A stretch of 64,000 nt of DNA from Camelus dromedarius (lineage: Eukaryota): NCBI RefSeq assembly GCF_036321535.1, contig NC_087437.1:39496001-39560000 (forward strand). Reading direction: 5' to 3'. Below the pieces are notes generated by a model. It had not been told where the DNA came from, searched no databases, and saw nothing but the letters and a program-made list of their open reading frames with translations. Position 1 is the first letter of the stretch. Every line of letters starts with the position of its first letter. The translations under genes were made by a program, and so were the position numbers. Shown here piece by piece: positions 1-13,552 of this stretch.

Positions 1-174
1 TTCCTTAGTGAAATTCTACTTTTACTTGAAGCAAATATTAACTAGATCTATTTCTAAATAGATATATAAATAGTGAGTTGAAAAAAAGTATACATCTAGT
101 CACTTATCCATTAATTCTTTGTTGAGCCCTTATAACTTGTGTTGGAGGCTGAAAGGAATTTTAAAAATGAAAAA

Positions 175-400
175 ACAGTATGCTAAAGCAGAAGAGTCAC
201 AGTCTTGGAATAAGAATGGTTCGATCCTGGCTTCTTCATTTAGCAAGGCTATGACCTTGAAGAAATCACTTATTCTCTCCGTATTTCAGTTTCATCATTT
301 TAAAAATTGAAATAAAGCCACAACACTACTCTACTCTGGTCTTTGAGGATTCAGGGAGAAAATACTAAATAGGTAACAATTGTTTGTAAATGTGGGGCCA
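175..400 (+). mobile_element. MIR SINE, diverged
   Basis: Core 'ggctatgaccttgaagaaatcacttattctctccgtatttcagtttcatcattttaaaaattg' resembles the MIR core consensus. Confidence 0.75.
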
Positions 401-739
401 ACATAGGCATTATAAGGAGATGACATTTTCCTGCTGCTACGGAACTTCCCAGCCATTTCTGGAGGCAAAGTATCTTTACATAAAATGGTTTGGGTACTTC
501 AAAAGGAGGTTTCTCATACATCACAATGAGTAGTAAAAAAAAAGTAACTTGTATTTATTAAATTCACTATGACATCAAGAGAACTAGGAGAGTAAGTGGA
601 AGCTTCAGGATTTCAGAGGACCGCAGAAGATGGGACAATTGCATTCAACCAAGAAAAAGAGAAAACAGGTAGTTGGGGGAGGTCTGTAAACCACAGTATA
701 AAAGTACAAATATACAATAGATATTCACTTGGTTGATCA

Positions 740-783
740 TTTATTTACTCAAAAATATTTGTTTATTTACTCAAAAATATTTG
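740..783. repeat. Perfect 22-bp tandem duplication (TTTATTTACTCAAAAATATTTG)x2
   Basis: Read directly: 740-761 is identical to 762-783. Confidence 0.95.
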
Positions 784-829
784 AAGAGAGCAATTTGGCT
801 GAAACTCTTTCAGAGAAGATGGGAGACAA

Positions 830-1755
830 AATGTAAAGCTTTCCCTACTTTCTCATTTGTTATAAATAATTGTAAAAGCTGAGGCAACTGTGTCACATTA
901 GAGACAAAACAAGTAAAAGATGTATATCCCAAAGGAGAAAATATAAGAGAGACTAACAAGAAATCTGTTCCAATTTCTTGAGCCCAAGCTTGCCAAGTGG
1001 GGAAGTGACATTCAGGCCAAAATATAGTGATGTGTTTTTGGAACAACTCCTGGCTTAGTCCTGGGTTTGGAATAATGATGGAGGGGTATTTTGGATGGTG
1101 CATCTGGTCTACTCTGTGTTGGCACCTCTGATGTTGTTCCGAAGGTAGGTGAGCCACTCTGTCTTGTCAGAAGGCAAGCAATGCTGGATGTCAGGCAGAT
1201 GGCCAGGAACACCAAGAAAGGCCTGAAGGAGGGTCAGAGGTGGAGGAGGGAAAAAAGGAGAGCTCAGTCAGTCCCATTCCCAGCTGGAGTACATACAAGA
1301 GTTGCTGGCAGTATATATATGCCTCAGATCTGCAGTCCAACAGAGAGTCTGAATAAAGGACAGTGGGTTGCATCCAGTGCCTAAGTTGGCCATGAACTTC
1401 CCAGATGGGTTGGTTGGGGCAACAAGAAGTAACAGATGTAAGCAAGACACATTATGCAAAAAGTCAGAAAAACAGATGAAACCTGTCTGGAGATTTGTAA
1501 TGATCTGCTGTCTCAGCTCTGCCTTGGTATCTCCTCTTTTTCTTCCTCTTTCTCTTTTTCTGCCTCCCATTTCTCTGGCAAAACTCTCGGTCTTCTCCCT
1601 TGCCCCTTCACTTTTTTTTTTTTTGGTTCTGTTTTTGGCAACAATTCTATGAACACAATTTCAAGTTTAGGATTACACATTAGGATTTCTTGCAAACTAT
1701 TTTTAGAGGATTTTTTTTAAGTGAACAAACAATTAATGTTTAAGAGTTAACAGCA
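830..1755 (+). mobile_element. Possible ancient LTR element (LTR78-like)
   Basis: 3' part 'gattacacattaggatttcttgcaaactatttttagagg...agtgaacaaacaattaatgtttaagagttaacag' recalls LTR78-family sequence. Recognition from memory only. Confidence 0.3.
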
Positions 1756-1756
1756 G

Positions 1757-4700
1757 GCATTTTCATCTTCTGGTAATGGTGAACTAGCTTATTGGAGATG
1801 AACCCTTCCACCAAAAATAAGCAAAAATGGACAACACAGACACTCATATACACATAACTACATCTCTCTCTCTCTCTCTTTCTCCCTGTATAGATAAATA
1901 GATAGATAGATAATTTTTGTGCTTAGGAATTGGGAGCTATTAAGGCAGTGAGTTTAACAGAAGTCAAAATTTTCAAAGCAAAAGAAGTACAGAGACCTAG
2001 AAAGCTGAACCCAAAGTCCTGGAGCATTTTTTTCCTACTGTGTACTGACTCACAAGCAAAAGCTAAGAGGCTGAGAGGGTGAACAGATCTAGAAGAGCTG
2101 AGTGGCAAAGATCAAAGTTTAGGCCTCACCAGTAAGGAGTCCTCCAAAAGACTCCAGGCTTTCAGCTGGGACATCCCAAAGGGTAACACTGTATATGCAG
2201 GGATAAATAGGAATTAGACTGAACTTAACAAAAGCTAAAGTTTACTTGATAGTTTAAGATTATCTATCCCCACCTTAACTGCCTACAAGATTATATGACC
2301 CCAAAACAAATGAACAAAAAATAACCCCAAAAAATAAATAAAAAGAAAAAACTCCAGAGAAATCCAGATATAGTAATCAGACACAGACCTATAAAATAAT
2401 CATAATTAATATATTTAAGAAATTAAATAATAAGAGTATTTCAGCATAGAATTAAAAATCAAAAATAATAAAATATAAATTACAAAAATTAAAAATATAA
2501 TAATTAAAATTAGAAACACAATAGATGAGGTTAGTATCAACCTAGATATAGCTAAGGAGGGGATTACTGAACTGGAAGACAGATTGAGGGTAAAAATTAT
2601 ATCCAGACTGAACCATGGAGAGAAATAAAGGATGAATAAAAAACAAAAAACAAAAACCTGAAAATAACATAAGATGATGGGGTGGGGTGGGGAAGGGTAG
2701 GGGAGAGCAGATTACCATAGCTGTAATTGGAGTCCTAGAAAGAAAGAAAAGAAAGAATTTTCTAAATCTGAACAAAAATGTTGTTAAGCTTTACTCAAAA
2801 GTACTGTGAGCTCCAAATGGAATAAGTATAGAGAAAACACCACTTAGGCTGTTCACAGTGAAACTCCAAACCAAAATAAAGAGACTATCTTAAAATAGTC
2901 CAAAGAAAATAGACATATTTCCTACAAATTAGCAACAAGCAGACTGATAGCTAATGATGAAGTTCAGAAATCAAAGGAATGACATTTTTAAAGTGCTAAA
3001 AAAAAAATAACTGCCAACTGAGAATTCTATACCTTGTAAAATATTTTCAAAAACAAATGCAAAATAATGACATTTTATGACAACTAAAACCAAAGATAAT
3101 ATATCCTCAACAAATGCACGCTGATGGAAATATTGTAGTTCCTCAGGCAGAGGGAAAATGATCCTGGGGAAAGCATGGAAATGGGGAAAGGAATAATGAG
3201 TGAGCCACAAAAAGAGTAAATACTCGGATAAATCTGAACAAATATTGACTGATTAAAACAATAAAGATAATGCCTTATATGATGGAAAGCATACATAGAA
3301 TTAAAATATATAACAACAACACTAACCATACATAAAAGGCATGAGGGTGATAAATGAAGTAAAAGTATTCTTAGGTCCTTGCATTGTTTGACAAATGTGA
3401 AAACTGATATTAAGTTATAAAAACCAAGAATGATTTTTTAATAGCTAGGGTAACCAATAAAAGGATAGAAAAATACATAATTAACAAGCTGATAAAGGAG
3501 AAATTAAGGCAAGAAAAAAAGAGGGAAGGCATGTAGAAAAGTTAGAACTAGTAGAAAACAATACTTAGAGGGAAGATTTAAAACCAAATGTGTAATAAAT
3601 AATATTAAATATCAGTGGGGTAAATGCTCTAATAAAACACAAATATTACCAAGTTGTATTTTTAAGAAAAGCAACAAAATCATATGCTATTTACAAGAGA
3701 CACACTTTTAACATAAAAAAGTTTAAAAGGTAAAGGATGGGAGAATTATATCTTGCAAACCATAAACCAAAGAAATCTGGTATAGTTATACTAATATCAA
3801 AGTAGACTTTGATATAGAGTCTACTTTTTATATAGATCTAAAATAAGAATTTCTTAATGTTCAAAGTTCTAAATTTATTTCTACTTAGTAAAAGCAAAAT
3901 TGATAGAACTAGAGTGAATTATTTAAAAATACGTAATTAATATACTTCACTCAGAAACTGATAAAAACAAACAAAAATCATTAAGGATACAGAAAGCTTG
4001 ATGTAATTAATAAATTTAACTTAAATGACATCTGTAAAACACCGCACTCAATACCAGAAGAATGTATGTTCTTTACAAGTGTCCTTGAAACATTGATCAA
4101 AACTGGGCATAAGGTGAACCATAAAGCAAATATTAGCCAATTTGAAAGACTGAAATTATTAAAAAATGTTATCTGACCACAGTAGCATGAAACTTCAAAT
4201 CAGTAATTCAAAATATTTTAAAGTCCCCAAATATTTGAAAATTAGTAACACATTTCTACATAGTTGGTGGGTCAAAGAAATCACAATAAAATTAGAAAAA
4301 AATTAACTGAATGTTAACAAACTATCAAAACTTGTGAAATACATCAGCTGAAGTTATGCTTAGAGGGATATATATATATATATATATATATAACCTCAAG
4401 CCCATATATTAGGAAAAAAAGTTTGAAAAATTAACTTCGTAAATATCATCTCAAACTGTTTTTTAAAAAGAGCAAAAAATGAATCCCAAAGAAAGTAGAA
4501 GAAAAATCATAATGTGACAGCAGGAATTAATGAAGTAGAAAACAAATGTGAGACAGAGAAATTCAATAAAAACAAAAAAATTAATTATTTTTAAAAATAC
4601 TAATAGAATGAACAATAAAGCAACACTGATCAACCAGAGAGAGAGAAAAAGAAGACATTAATTACCAATATTGGAAATAAAAATGGTAAATCCTACAGTA

Positions 4701-4765
4701 ATTAAAAAGAAAAATAAGACATTATGAGCAATTTTATGCCAACAAATAGGCAAATGTCTAGAAAA
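1757..4765 (+). mobile_element. Old L1M LINE: 5'UTR, ORF1 and ORF2 endonuclease remnants, 3'-truncated
   Basis: L1M-type 5' end 'cttctggtaatggtgaactagcttattgg...'. A-rich sense strand. Endonuclease-region signatures 'atatgctatttacaagagacacacttt', 'aaaggatgggagaattatatcttgcaaac' and 'tctgaccacagtagcatgaaactt'. No intact ORF. Confidence 0.9.
4368..4392. repeat. (AT)n microsatellite inside L1
   Basis: Read directly. Confidence 0.95.
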
Positions 4766-5239
4766 GACTGCATGATAGTGTGCTAAACTAATTATTAGCT
4801 TGATATTAAACTACCGTAATTAGTAAGTTTTAGATCAATAGTCTATGTGAGTCTAGAATAATATCTTTTAAGATTATTCAGAATATTTGTTTCCAGCCCC
4901 TTATTTTTATAAGTACAGGCCATTAGGAACTCCTTTAAGAGCTGTAGTACGGAATTACCCCTGTGGTTATAGTTACAAAATTTCAGATGGGGATGTTTTA
5001 GAGGGTGACAACACAGATTCATAGAACGAGTGAACTCCGGGTTGGATGACATGGAGAAGGAGAGAATAAAAGCAGAGTTGAGGACCCTACATTGTTCCAA
5101 CCCTTCAAAGAGGTGCTCATTATGCATGTCAGGTCTTTGATGAGGTCCAACCGGCCAAAGTGCCACAGATTTACTGGTGGTGTGTCTGAATATGTTTTCA
5201 AAATGAATGCACATTTGATGCATAAGAGATTCTTCCCGT

Positions 5240-5950
5240 CTCCCTGCAGTCTCTTTCTAAATCTTTTCTGACTTCTCGATTTCTTCCCTCTCCAGTTGTG
5301 CAAAGTCTTCCTCAAGTTCTATCTTCAGCCTGGTCTTCTCACATTAAACACGGTCCCCATTAACCAGTCTTTGTGGACAACTCCCCAAACCTCTAAGCGT
5401 GGCTTCTCCATTGATCTCAAGACCACAGATCAAATCATGACACTCCTCATTATTGAAGGTCCTCCATCCACGATTCAAACAGTTCTGTCACTCAACTCCA
5501 GACTTCCATTTCAGCTCTTACTCTTATGACTCCCTCCTTCCCTGCCTAGTGACCAAAGAGCCCCGCTTTCCTGTCACAGTGGTATCTGCCCCTGGCGACA
5601 AACGTGCTCTGCTGGCTGCTTTTCACTCTCACACTCCGCCCTCTCCCAGAAACGCCCTTTCCCCCCGCATCTGCCTCTCACATCGTTACTCATCTCTCAG
5701 GGGCTAGCTCAAATTCCATTTCACCTGAGAAAACTTTTTATACCAAATGCCCTGTTCTCTCCCTTCTCTGCAGTTCCTCAATAGTGTTCACCTTTGTTGG
5801 ATGAGTGATCACTCGTCCATTTATATTTTTTAGTAATCGAGTTATTTAAATTTTTTTCCGATAGATTACATTGGTGGGGACCACGTTTTATTCATCATTG
5901 TTTTCCCTCAGCTCTTCATCCACAGTTTATACAATGTAATTAATAGAATC
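5240..5950 (+). mobile_element. L2 LINE 3' region, diverged
   Basis: Pyrimidine-rich L2-type blocks such as 'tcctcaagttctatcttcagcctggtcttctc' and 'gggaccacgttttattcatcattgttttccctcagc'. Confidence 0.65.
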
Positions 5951-7894
5951 CTTTTGACTTGTATTTTCTGTCTGAACATTCACTCATTTTGCTTATGCAG
6001 ATCCCAGTGCCTAAACCGTTCTTCTTCTCCTGGAAAAATCCTGAGGATTATTCTTTAATATCCAACACTTATTTTGTTTCCTTAATGAACTCTGCTCACA
6101 TCACCACTTAGAGCCATGTTCATAATTTTATATATAAAATACACTCTTTAATTAGAACTTCTAAAAAGTATTTCTCACAAAGACATGCTTTATTTGGCAG
6201 TAAGTTTGTGATGTGAAAGTTAAATTGTATGTACATATGTTTATTATCATCTTGAAACATATTTCAAAGCAACTTCGATTACCTTCAATTCTTTTGTATA
6301 TTTAATTAATTTGAATTGAATGTGGTGACCAGATTGTGTAAGAAAAAATATATTCTCATTAATATGCATCTTCTAGAATACAGGGTTTGAGGGTAAAGAC
6401 AGCCGCCACAAAACTGCAAAGTCACAGGGAAAGTGTACAAGAATAGTGCCAGGAACCTCAATCAGTCGTTCGGCAAGATTGCTTTGGCTAAAGGTAACCG
6501 TGTGGGGAAGAACTCAAGTTTGATCCCCTTGGTGATGCCATGGGAACAGCATTTCGCCAAAAATTTAGGGCATACAGGTAGAATTTTCAGGAGATAAAAC
6601 CCAAATTATACAACCAAAGGCAATAAATATTCTTCAATGACAGAAAAACCTTAACTCACTGAGCTCTTTTGATCCAGGCCTACATCCAACAGTTAGGTGT
6701 GTATGAACAGTTAAACAGTATATGGTCACAGCAGGCCCCCTTAGTATGATCTAGAACGTGTGCCATTACACTATAGTATAACCTTGTCCTGGGTCGCCTA
6801 GTTAGACAATGGTTTGAGATGTTTGACTAAGTTGGTAGTTAAAAAAAAAAAAGCAACTGTCACTTTCATTATAAATACATTTTAAAAGATGATTTGAGTT
6901 GCTATATCTCATCCTCTACTGGCTTTCTTCAAAAACTCATAAACCTTGGGACAGGGTGAATCGGAAAACAAAGAAAAAGGCCAGCTTTTGCCATAAGAGA
7001 AGTCACAGTTGAATTAGGAAGACAGAAAATATGCATGGAACTATAAATAACGATAGGAAATACCAAAAACTAAATAAAGAGTCTGTGAAACTTTCTCTTA
7101 CATGAGAAGAGATTTAGCAGATTGCGGGGATGGGAAGGAAGAAGTAACCATTCTCCGGGGGAACTGCATACATCCTTTGTCAAGAGGCAGCAACAATCAG
7201 TGTCAGACGAAGTGTAAGTCAGAGAAAGGATGCGATGTGCTTCATTTAGTTTTCTGGGATAATAGACTCATGAAACTTCCCGGTTGCTGTGCTGGCTTAG
7301 GCCTTTTATGTTCATGGTGCATATACATTATTTAGGTTCTCATCTTTTCTGACAGTACTCCCGTAAGTTATTCTTTTAACTGGCTGAGTTTATCTCTGCA
7401 AAGTGATCCCACGGGCAGATTTCAATAACAGAATCTGTATAAGTTACCAGTAGCTTTAGATTCTAAATTTTAATCTGGGGATAATTCTGCATTAATAAGT
7501 GAAGTTGAGTTTCAATGGGGAAATATGAAACAGACTTCTTCATATTTGTGGAAATAATTCTGGTCAAAAAGCATATGACCCAATCTTAGTAGATAATGAG
7601 GTACGGATCATTTTAACATAAGCTTGAGAATGTATCTTAAAACTGAAAAAACTAAGGGTTTTTTTTTTCTTTCCTATTTTCTTAAGATAGATTGTCAAAG
7701 CTAGGTACATACCACAATACTCATCCAACATGAGTGTTCTTGATAGGAGAAATATCTTTAACAGAAATAGGGTATAGCAAGAATTTTTTGGTCGTGTCTT
7801 TCTTAAATTGGTGTTTCATTTTTTCCATAGCTAACATTTTGGGGTAAATCTGAAATATTCATTTAACAGTTTTAAACCACATTTTCTGTGGACA

Positions 7895-8200
7895 GTTTCG
7901 TTCATTCATAACTAAAGACCCAATAAATCATCCAGTGTTAATTGAATGCCTGCTGTGTGCTCAGCTCTGGGCTCTGTTTAACTTGAGATCTGAAAAAAAA
8001 AAATGTGTTCTTGGCCAGGAAGAGACTATAATCCAATTGGGAAGACAATCAGCAAACAGAAATGAGAGCAACCTTGACTAGACCAAATAGAATTAAAGTT
8101 TTTGGAGTGTGGAAAAGGCCCTAGGTGTGGTTTTTTTAAAAACGAGAAAAAAAATTTATCCTGAGGGAACCCCAGAAACTGAACAAGCAGAGTTCAGGGG
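7895..8200 (-). mobile_element. L2 3' end
   Basis: 'ttcattca...attgaatgcctgctgtgtgctcagctctgggct...gggaagacaatcagcaaaca' is the reverse complement of the L2 tail. Confidence 0.6.
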
Positions 8201-9084
8201 ATAAAGAATGTCACAGAGCCAAGGAGCAGCACTGACCACCCCACATTGTGTCCCATCCTGCCATCAGAGCGGATGGTGCTGCGACCCCAGCAGTTCCAGG
8301 CACCCTGGCCTCCCTGGCATCAGGCCACTGCACACAGCTCCACTGGCCATGTGTTTACAAGTGCTCTCAGCCTCTCCTCTCACTTCCCCACGCCCACAAC
8401 TTATCCCCTCCAGGTCTGCCTCAGACGCTGCCTCTTCCATCATGATTCCTGACTGACTCGGCTGTTTTCTTTCCTGAACTCCTCTTAGTCTGCACCTTTC
8501 TTCTTGCAGGACTGCTTTTTACTTTGTGTCATAGATCTTGGCATCAAGATCGTAGGTTCTCACTTTTTTCCAAAATCATCTTGACAAAAAATGATTCATC
8601 TTTATATCTCTGACAAACCTAGTAACAGCTACACATTTAGGATTACTTATTGAATGAGTGGATATGATATAAGCTAATCAACATGTGGAATAAACTGTAA
8701 TCTAACTTGTAAGTTAGATATTTGCCTTTATACCACCTTAAGTGATACTCGACATACCAGGTGAATTAGCACTCCAGGTCTTTGAACAGAAAAAACAATC
8801 TGCACGCAGGTTACACATAAGAAAGAATACAGCACAGTCTAGGGTGTCAGTGAAAAGGATTTGGTCCCAACTGTGAGGTCACCAAAGCAGGGCCAGGTTA
8901 TTGGTAGTGGTGTTGGGGAACAAGATGAAACCACATGATTGGGTAGACATAAGACATAAAGTCGGTAGATAATGGATTAGGTATGTTTCTAATGTTTGAA
9001 TTCCATAAAAGTCTGGACAATGTCTTATGTGCCATGTAGGTGCTAATCTTCAGCAGTGGTTTGCAAGTAAAAAAGGATCACTGG

Positions 9085-9330
9085 AAAGAGGATTGCTAAA
9101 CTCTGATCCCAATCTGGGTCCCTAGCTGTGTGATGTTGAACAAGTTACTTGACATCTCTGATCTTCAATGTACTCAACTATACAATGGGGATAGTAATGT
9201 TGAGCTCTTTTGACTGCTGTGAAGAAGCAAGAAAAAAGTATAAAAAAGTGCCTACTGTAGTGTCTGGCACATATTACTCTACTGGTTAAAGGTAATTATC
9301 AATGAATATTTGCTGAATTTATAAACAAAT
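9085..9330 (+). mobile_element. MIR SINE followed by L2-like tail
   Basis: 'ctagctgtgtgatgttgaacaagttacttgacatctctgatcttcaatgtactcaactatacaatggggatag...gtgtctggcacata'. Confidence 0.8.
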
Positions 9331-11619
9331 ACATTAGGATGGTGGCGGAAGGGAAAAAGCAAAGAAAAGACACACAAGGACTGAGCAGGCCATTGGAAGG
9401 GAGCGCAAATAGTCCAGGGTCAAGAGAATTGAGGGAAGATTTCAGTGTTCTATGATTATTTTAAATTGTGGCAGAAGACCATGCCAAAGAGGTGAGCCTC
9501 CTTGAAAAAGGATTTAGAACCAAAAGACTTCATCATTGTATAAAATGAATTGGATACATCTTTAATAGGAACAATTCTTGTTGATTCATTAGGCATAAAT
9601 AGTTTGGTATTAAGCATAAACAGTTTGCAGTTAAGATAATTGGCTAGAATGACCATTTATGGTTGCATGGCTTAACTGAGCACTGGGTAGAATTAGTTAT
9701 GGAAAAAACTATGCACCAGGCAGCAGCCTTAGGCTACGTAGCCATCTGAACAACAGTGGCCTGGGGTAAAGAACAGCCACTGACATGACACATCGTTCAC
9801 TTAAAGAACACGCCTCTTGCTTCTGCAATCCCCTCTTTTTCCTAAAACTCCTAAATCTTAAAGAATAAAGAGCAGGAAGCTTTTGGCCTGAAACCTTTCA
9901 GATTTCCTCAGGATACAGAAGACAATTTTGATTTAAAAAATGCAGGTTATATATATCTGCACCATGTAACTATACCCTAGAATATCTATTGATTATCTGT
10001 ATTGCATGCTACCTTCTTCATACCTGATTTGTTTAGACTGAGAAGGACTAAAGCATGACATGCAGGCCAGCCTCCACCCTTACACGTGCCGGGGTTCTTA
10101 TTCCTGAGCCTGAGCAGGTTACGCCCTATATTACCCATCAGACTCAGTCCCCCTTCCTGTTGGACCTGAATCGGCCTCAGAATCCACCTCAACACATTGC
10201 TCTAGCCAGTCAACTACAAATGGATTGGAATTAGCCTCGAAGTTAAAACCTATTTGTCATCCTTGGTTCAGATATTTATCTGCCTTAAGGCAGGCATCTG
10301 GAACACATGCTCTCTAAAATTCATGTCTAATTCTATGAGCCTATAAAACTCTCAATTCCAGTAATCTAATTAGCAGAACAAGGTCATGGTTATACAAGAA
10401 AGAAACTCTGGAGTATTGAAACCTCGAGGTAGAGCAGGATGCCTTAATGTATGTTTCTGGTTGTACAGATAACTATAACTTTACTTTGGTAGCCTTTAGG
10501 TTCTTTTAGTTGTGTATGCATGGATGAGTGTGTTTAGAGAATTACTTCATACTTAATTTTACTCAGGTTCATAGTTTTTCCCATGTTTATTTTCATAATC
10601 ACTTTTTTATATTTTTTATTCTAATCATTGAGTGTTTCTGAACTAACCCGCAATTCAGTCTGAAGTCTTCCAGTCATTCCTCTTGTCATTACTGATCCAT
10701 CTGAAATATGGTGATACGGAAACACTTTTTAAACCCCTGGCACTTTGAACGATGATGCTTGTATTGCCTTTAAGGAGAGCATACCTGGCTGTTCCTTTTT
10801 CCAGCCCCCTGGAATCACTGCCAACGAGTGAGAAGAAATGTTTAAATATCAGGTATTCCAGAATTCCAAACTAGTTTATGGTCTTTCTGTACTCTTACAT
10901 ATTTTGAAAGATTTCTTCTTCTTCTTCTTCTTCTTTTTTATATAGTTTCCTTCCTTTCCTCAATGTCATCTCTCAAATATGTCTGACTCTCCCTTCCACA
11001 CAAAAGACCTCAAAGTTGTAGGTGTGACTCTGTACTTATATATTTTTCTGTTACTCTTTTCTTTACTTTTTTTCCCCTAAAACCCATGAGGGATTATTCT
11101 CTTTACATTTCCTTCCCATTTTGTGCAATATTTTCCTCAAAATGAAAGTTTAAGCAAAGATGCTCTACTATGTGGCTACTTCCCGTTTCTCGTAGGGCAC
11201 CAAAATAGAGTAGAAGGTCTACGTTGATAGTCTTTTGATTCCGTGGAAGATATGCATGGCTTCAAGATTTTAGCGCTATCTGTATTGAAGGGCTTTTAGT
11301 AATTAATTAGATCCACCTAAACCATAGAGCAAAGTTAATGTGTATTTCAAATAATTGTACTCTTTTTTTTTAAATCATTTTTTCATTCCACACATCTATT
11401 GAATGGTATTAAAGAACGGTATTAACAAATGTTCAGTGACAAGAATGAAAACATAACATTTTGGGGGTTAATGGGCAGGTTAGCCTGGCTGGAACAGGAG
11501 TGCTTAAAACATTTTAAGGGGGAGTAATTTAGGTATAAAGTCTAAAATCAACCAATCACTGTAGGGAATTACAACTTCAAAAAGGTGGGTACCCCTAACT
11601 GTTACCTGGGTGTCTTTAC

Positions 11620-12080
11620 AACATTTTAATTGTCATTGTGGGGAGTGGGGGAGGGCGGTCTTGCTAAGGTTTCTCTAATTCATCTTAAAATTAAACACTG
11701 TGGAGACCATTCCTTAACAACTCTTTTGGGTCATTCCAAAACACCTCTGTTATGGAGATTAATACTCTTTGATTCTGAGCCAAAGGCATGGTTTTCAGAT
11801 GTTACAATTACCTGTTCAACTTCTCAGGGGCAATTATTTGAAAGGAGTAAATGCTCTGGCTACAATTGCCTCTGTGGGAGTCACCGTAATTGCCATTCAT
11901 CAGGGCAGCAACCTGCTGAGGGCATCAATTCATAAACTCTGAGCCATCAATAAACTGGAACCTGGGCCCTGGTGCCAACATTCTTTACACAATGAAATAT
12001 TATTACTGGCAATTAGGTAAACAATGAGCCAACCCGGAAATGGAAGAGAGGTTGCCAATGACTACCTTAGCGCGTCATCC
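11620..12080. promoter_or_regulatory. Candidate enhancer: homeodomain/TCF/FOX/SOX/ETS motif cluster
   Basis: No recognisable repeat. CTTTGAT 11767; CAATTA 11805, 11831, 12010; TAATTG 11887; ATCAAT 11924, 11946; GTAAACA 12017 overlapping AACAATG 12020; CCGGAAA 12034. Confidence 0.4.
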
Positions 12081-12729
12081 ACAGATGTCTTAAATCTTTT
12101 CCTGCAAGAGAAACACCTCGGGATAACTCTTTTTACACCACCAGGATCCAAACTACCCACAAAAGCATCCACAAACTGAAGAACGAGGAGAGAGGGAAAT
12201 GTTAACAAATGAGTTTTTGTTTTAACCAGGAAATGTGTGTGTGGTGGAGGGGAGGGCAGTAAACATCAGCCTTCTTGTCTTAGGTATCCAGAGTTATCGG
12301 GTATCAGCTACCTTTGTGGTATAGCTGCTGTCGGGTGGGGTGGGGGAGAGATGGGGGCAAGTAACTGGACTCAAGGAAGTGAACTCCATTGTCACAGTCC
12401 TGGGGCAAACTGCTTAGCATTGTTTGGGGAATCTGTGTTACTGAAAGCTGATAAGTTATGAAGTTCTTAAGAGTTTAAGAAGATTTTGCCATCCATGATG
12501 AAATTTGATCACCATAATATATCAGTGAGGTGAATGGGGTGGGCATGATCGTTTCTGTATTGTTGTTTATAATGAGAGGAGAGGATTGAGGGGGGCAGGG
12601 ATGCCAAGGAACAGCTCAGATTACTGAGGTCACTCCTGGACCAGTGCTGTTGCCCGCCTTGGTCAGATTCCCCCAACTAAGGTTCTCAGACCAGTCTAGA
12701 AGCATATTTCCAGCTCACCCCAAGCCAAC

Positions 12730-12850
12730 CACGTAGCCCCAACCCCCCCGCCCCCCCCCCCCGGCAGAGCCGTTCCTCTCCGAGGGCTCTGACTTGAAGG
12801 CGCAGCAGCGTGGCAGCCAGGGCGAGCGGTAGGAAGCTGCGTTGAAGCCC
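12730..12850. promoter_or_regulatory. Small CpG-rich patch with C7-G-C12 tract (G-quadruplex-capable on - strand)
   Basis: About 10 CpG in ~110 bp. C-tract at 12743-12762 with an additional CCCC at 12737-12740. Confidence 0.4.
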
Positions 12851-13417
12851 TGCTTCTCATGCTAAAGTGGGAAGACCAAGGGGTGAAACCCAAGGCACCA
12901 CCAGCAGCTTCAGACAAACAGAAACAGGCCTGTGAAAGTTATTTGAACTGACAAACACAATGGTCAGGTTGAAATGCAATCAGGAAATTGATGTGTGATG
13001 AATGTTTGGGATGTTTTATGAAGTGAAAAAGAAAGTAACTCCAGAACCAGATAATTCTAGTCATTTTTCTGTCTGCGTCATAATTGATGAGTCCCTCATC
13101 TACACTCCTGTTGTTTTTACCCAAATAAATAATGCCACTGAAGGCTGTTTGATGGGATACAAGAGTCCTGCTCAGACAGGGGAAAATCTGTGAGAGCAGA
13201 AATGGTGGGAGATCGGGAATTTTTAAAAGGCACCTTTAGAGAAACGATGTGGTTTCGGGTCTGTTCCTAAGGTAAGGCAGTGGCGCCCTTGGCCAGGAAA
13301 TTCTTTTGACTGATAAATCATATTTATTTTTATATGACTCATAAGTTTAGTAAATTCATTTTATATATCAAACAGGTTTAGGATCGATAAAATATATTTC
13401 TAAGGACCAAGCAGGAA

Positions 13418-13552
13418 ATGGCAGTCTAGTGGTTAGAGCACAGGATGGAGACCCAGGCGGTCTTTATTTTGTTTTTTCTCCACCACAAGCTCACGACTTA
13501 ACGTGATTTGGGCAGAAGAGCAAATGATTTTTCTTTTCCTTCTCTCATCTGA
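13418..13552 (+). mobile_element. MIR fragment
   Basis: 'ggcagtctagtggttagagcacaggatggagaccc...gtgatttgggcagaag...ttctctcatctgaaaa'. Confidence 0.6.

Noticed and set aside
810..1720. Cluster of overlapping 60-115 aa ORFs, one Glu/Lys-rich
   Set aside because: They lie in purine/pyrimidine-skewed, probably LTR-derived sequence. Low-complexity translations with no family resemblance.
4843..5223. Longest ORF in the track (126 aa, - strand)
   Set aside because: No recognisable domain or exon context. This length is expected by chance in six frames of 64 kb.
9653..9662. CArG box CCATTTATGG
   Set aside because: A few CC(W6)GG matches are expected by chance in 64 kb of AT-rich DNA, and there is no supporting context.
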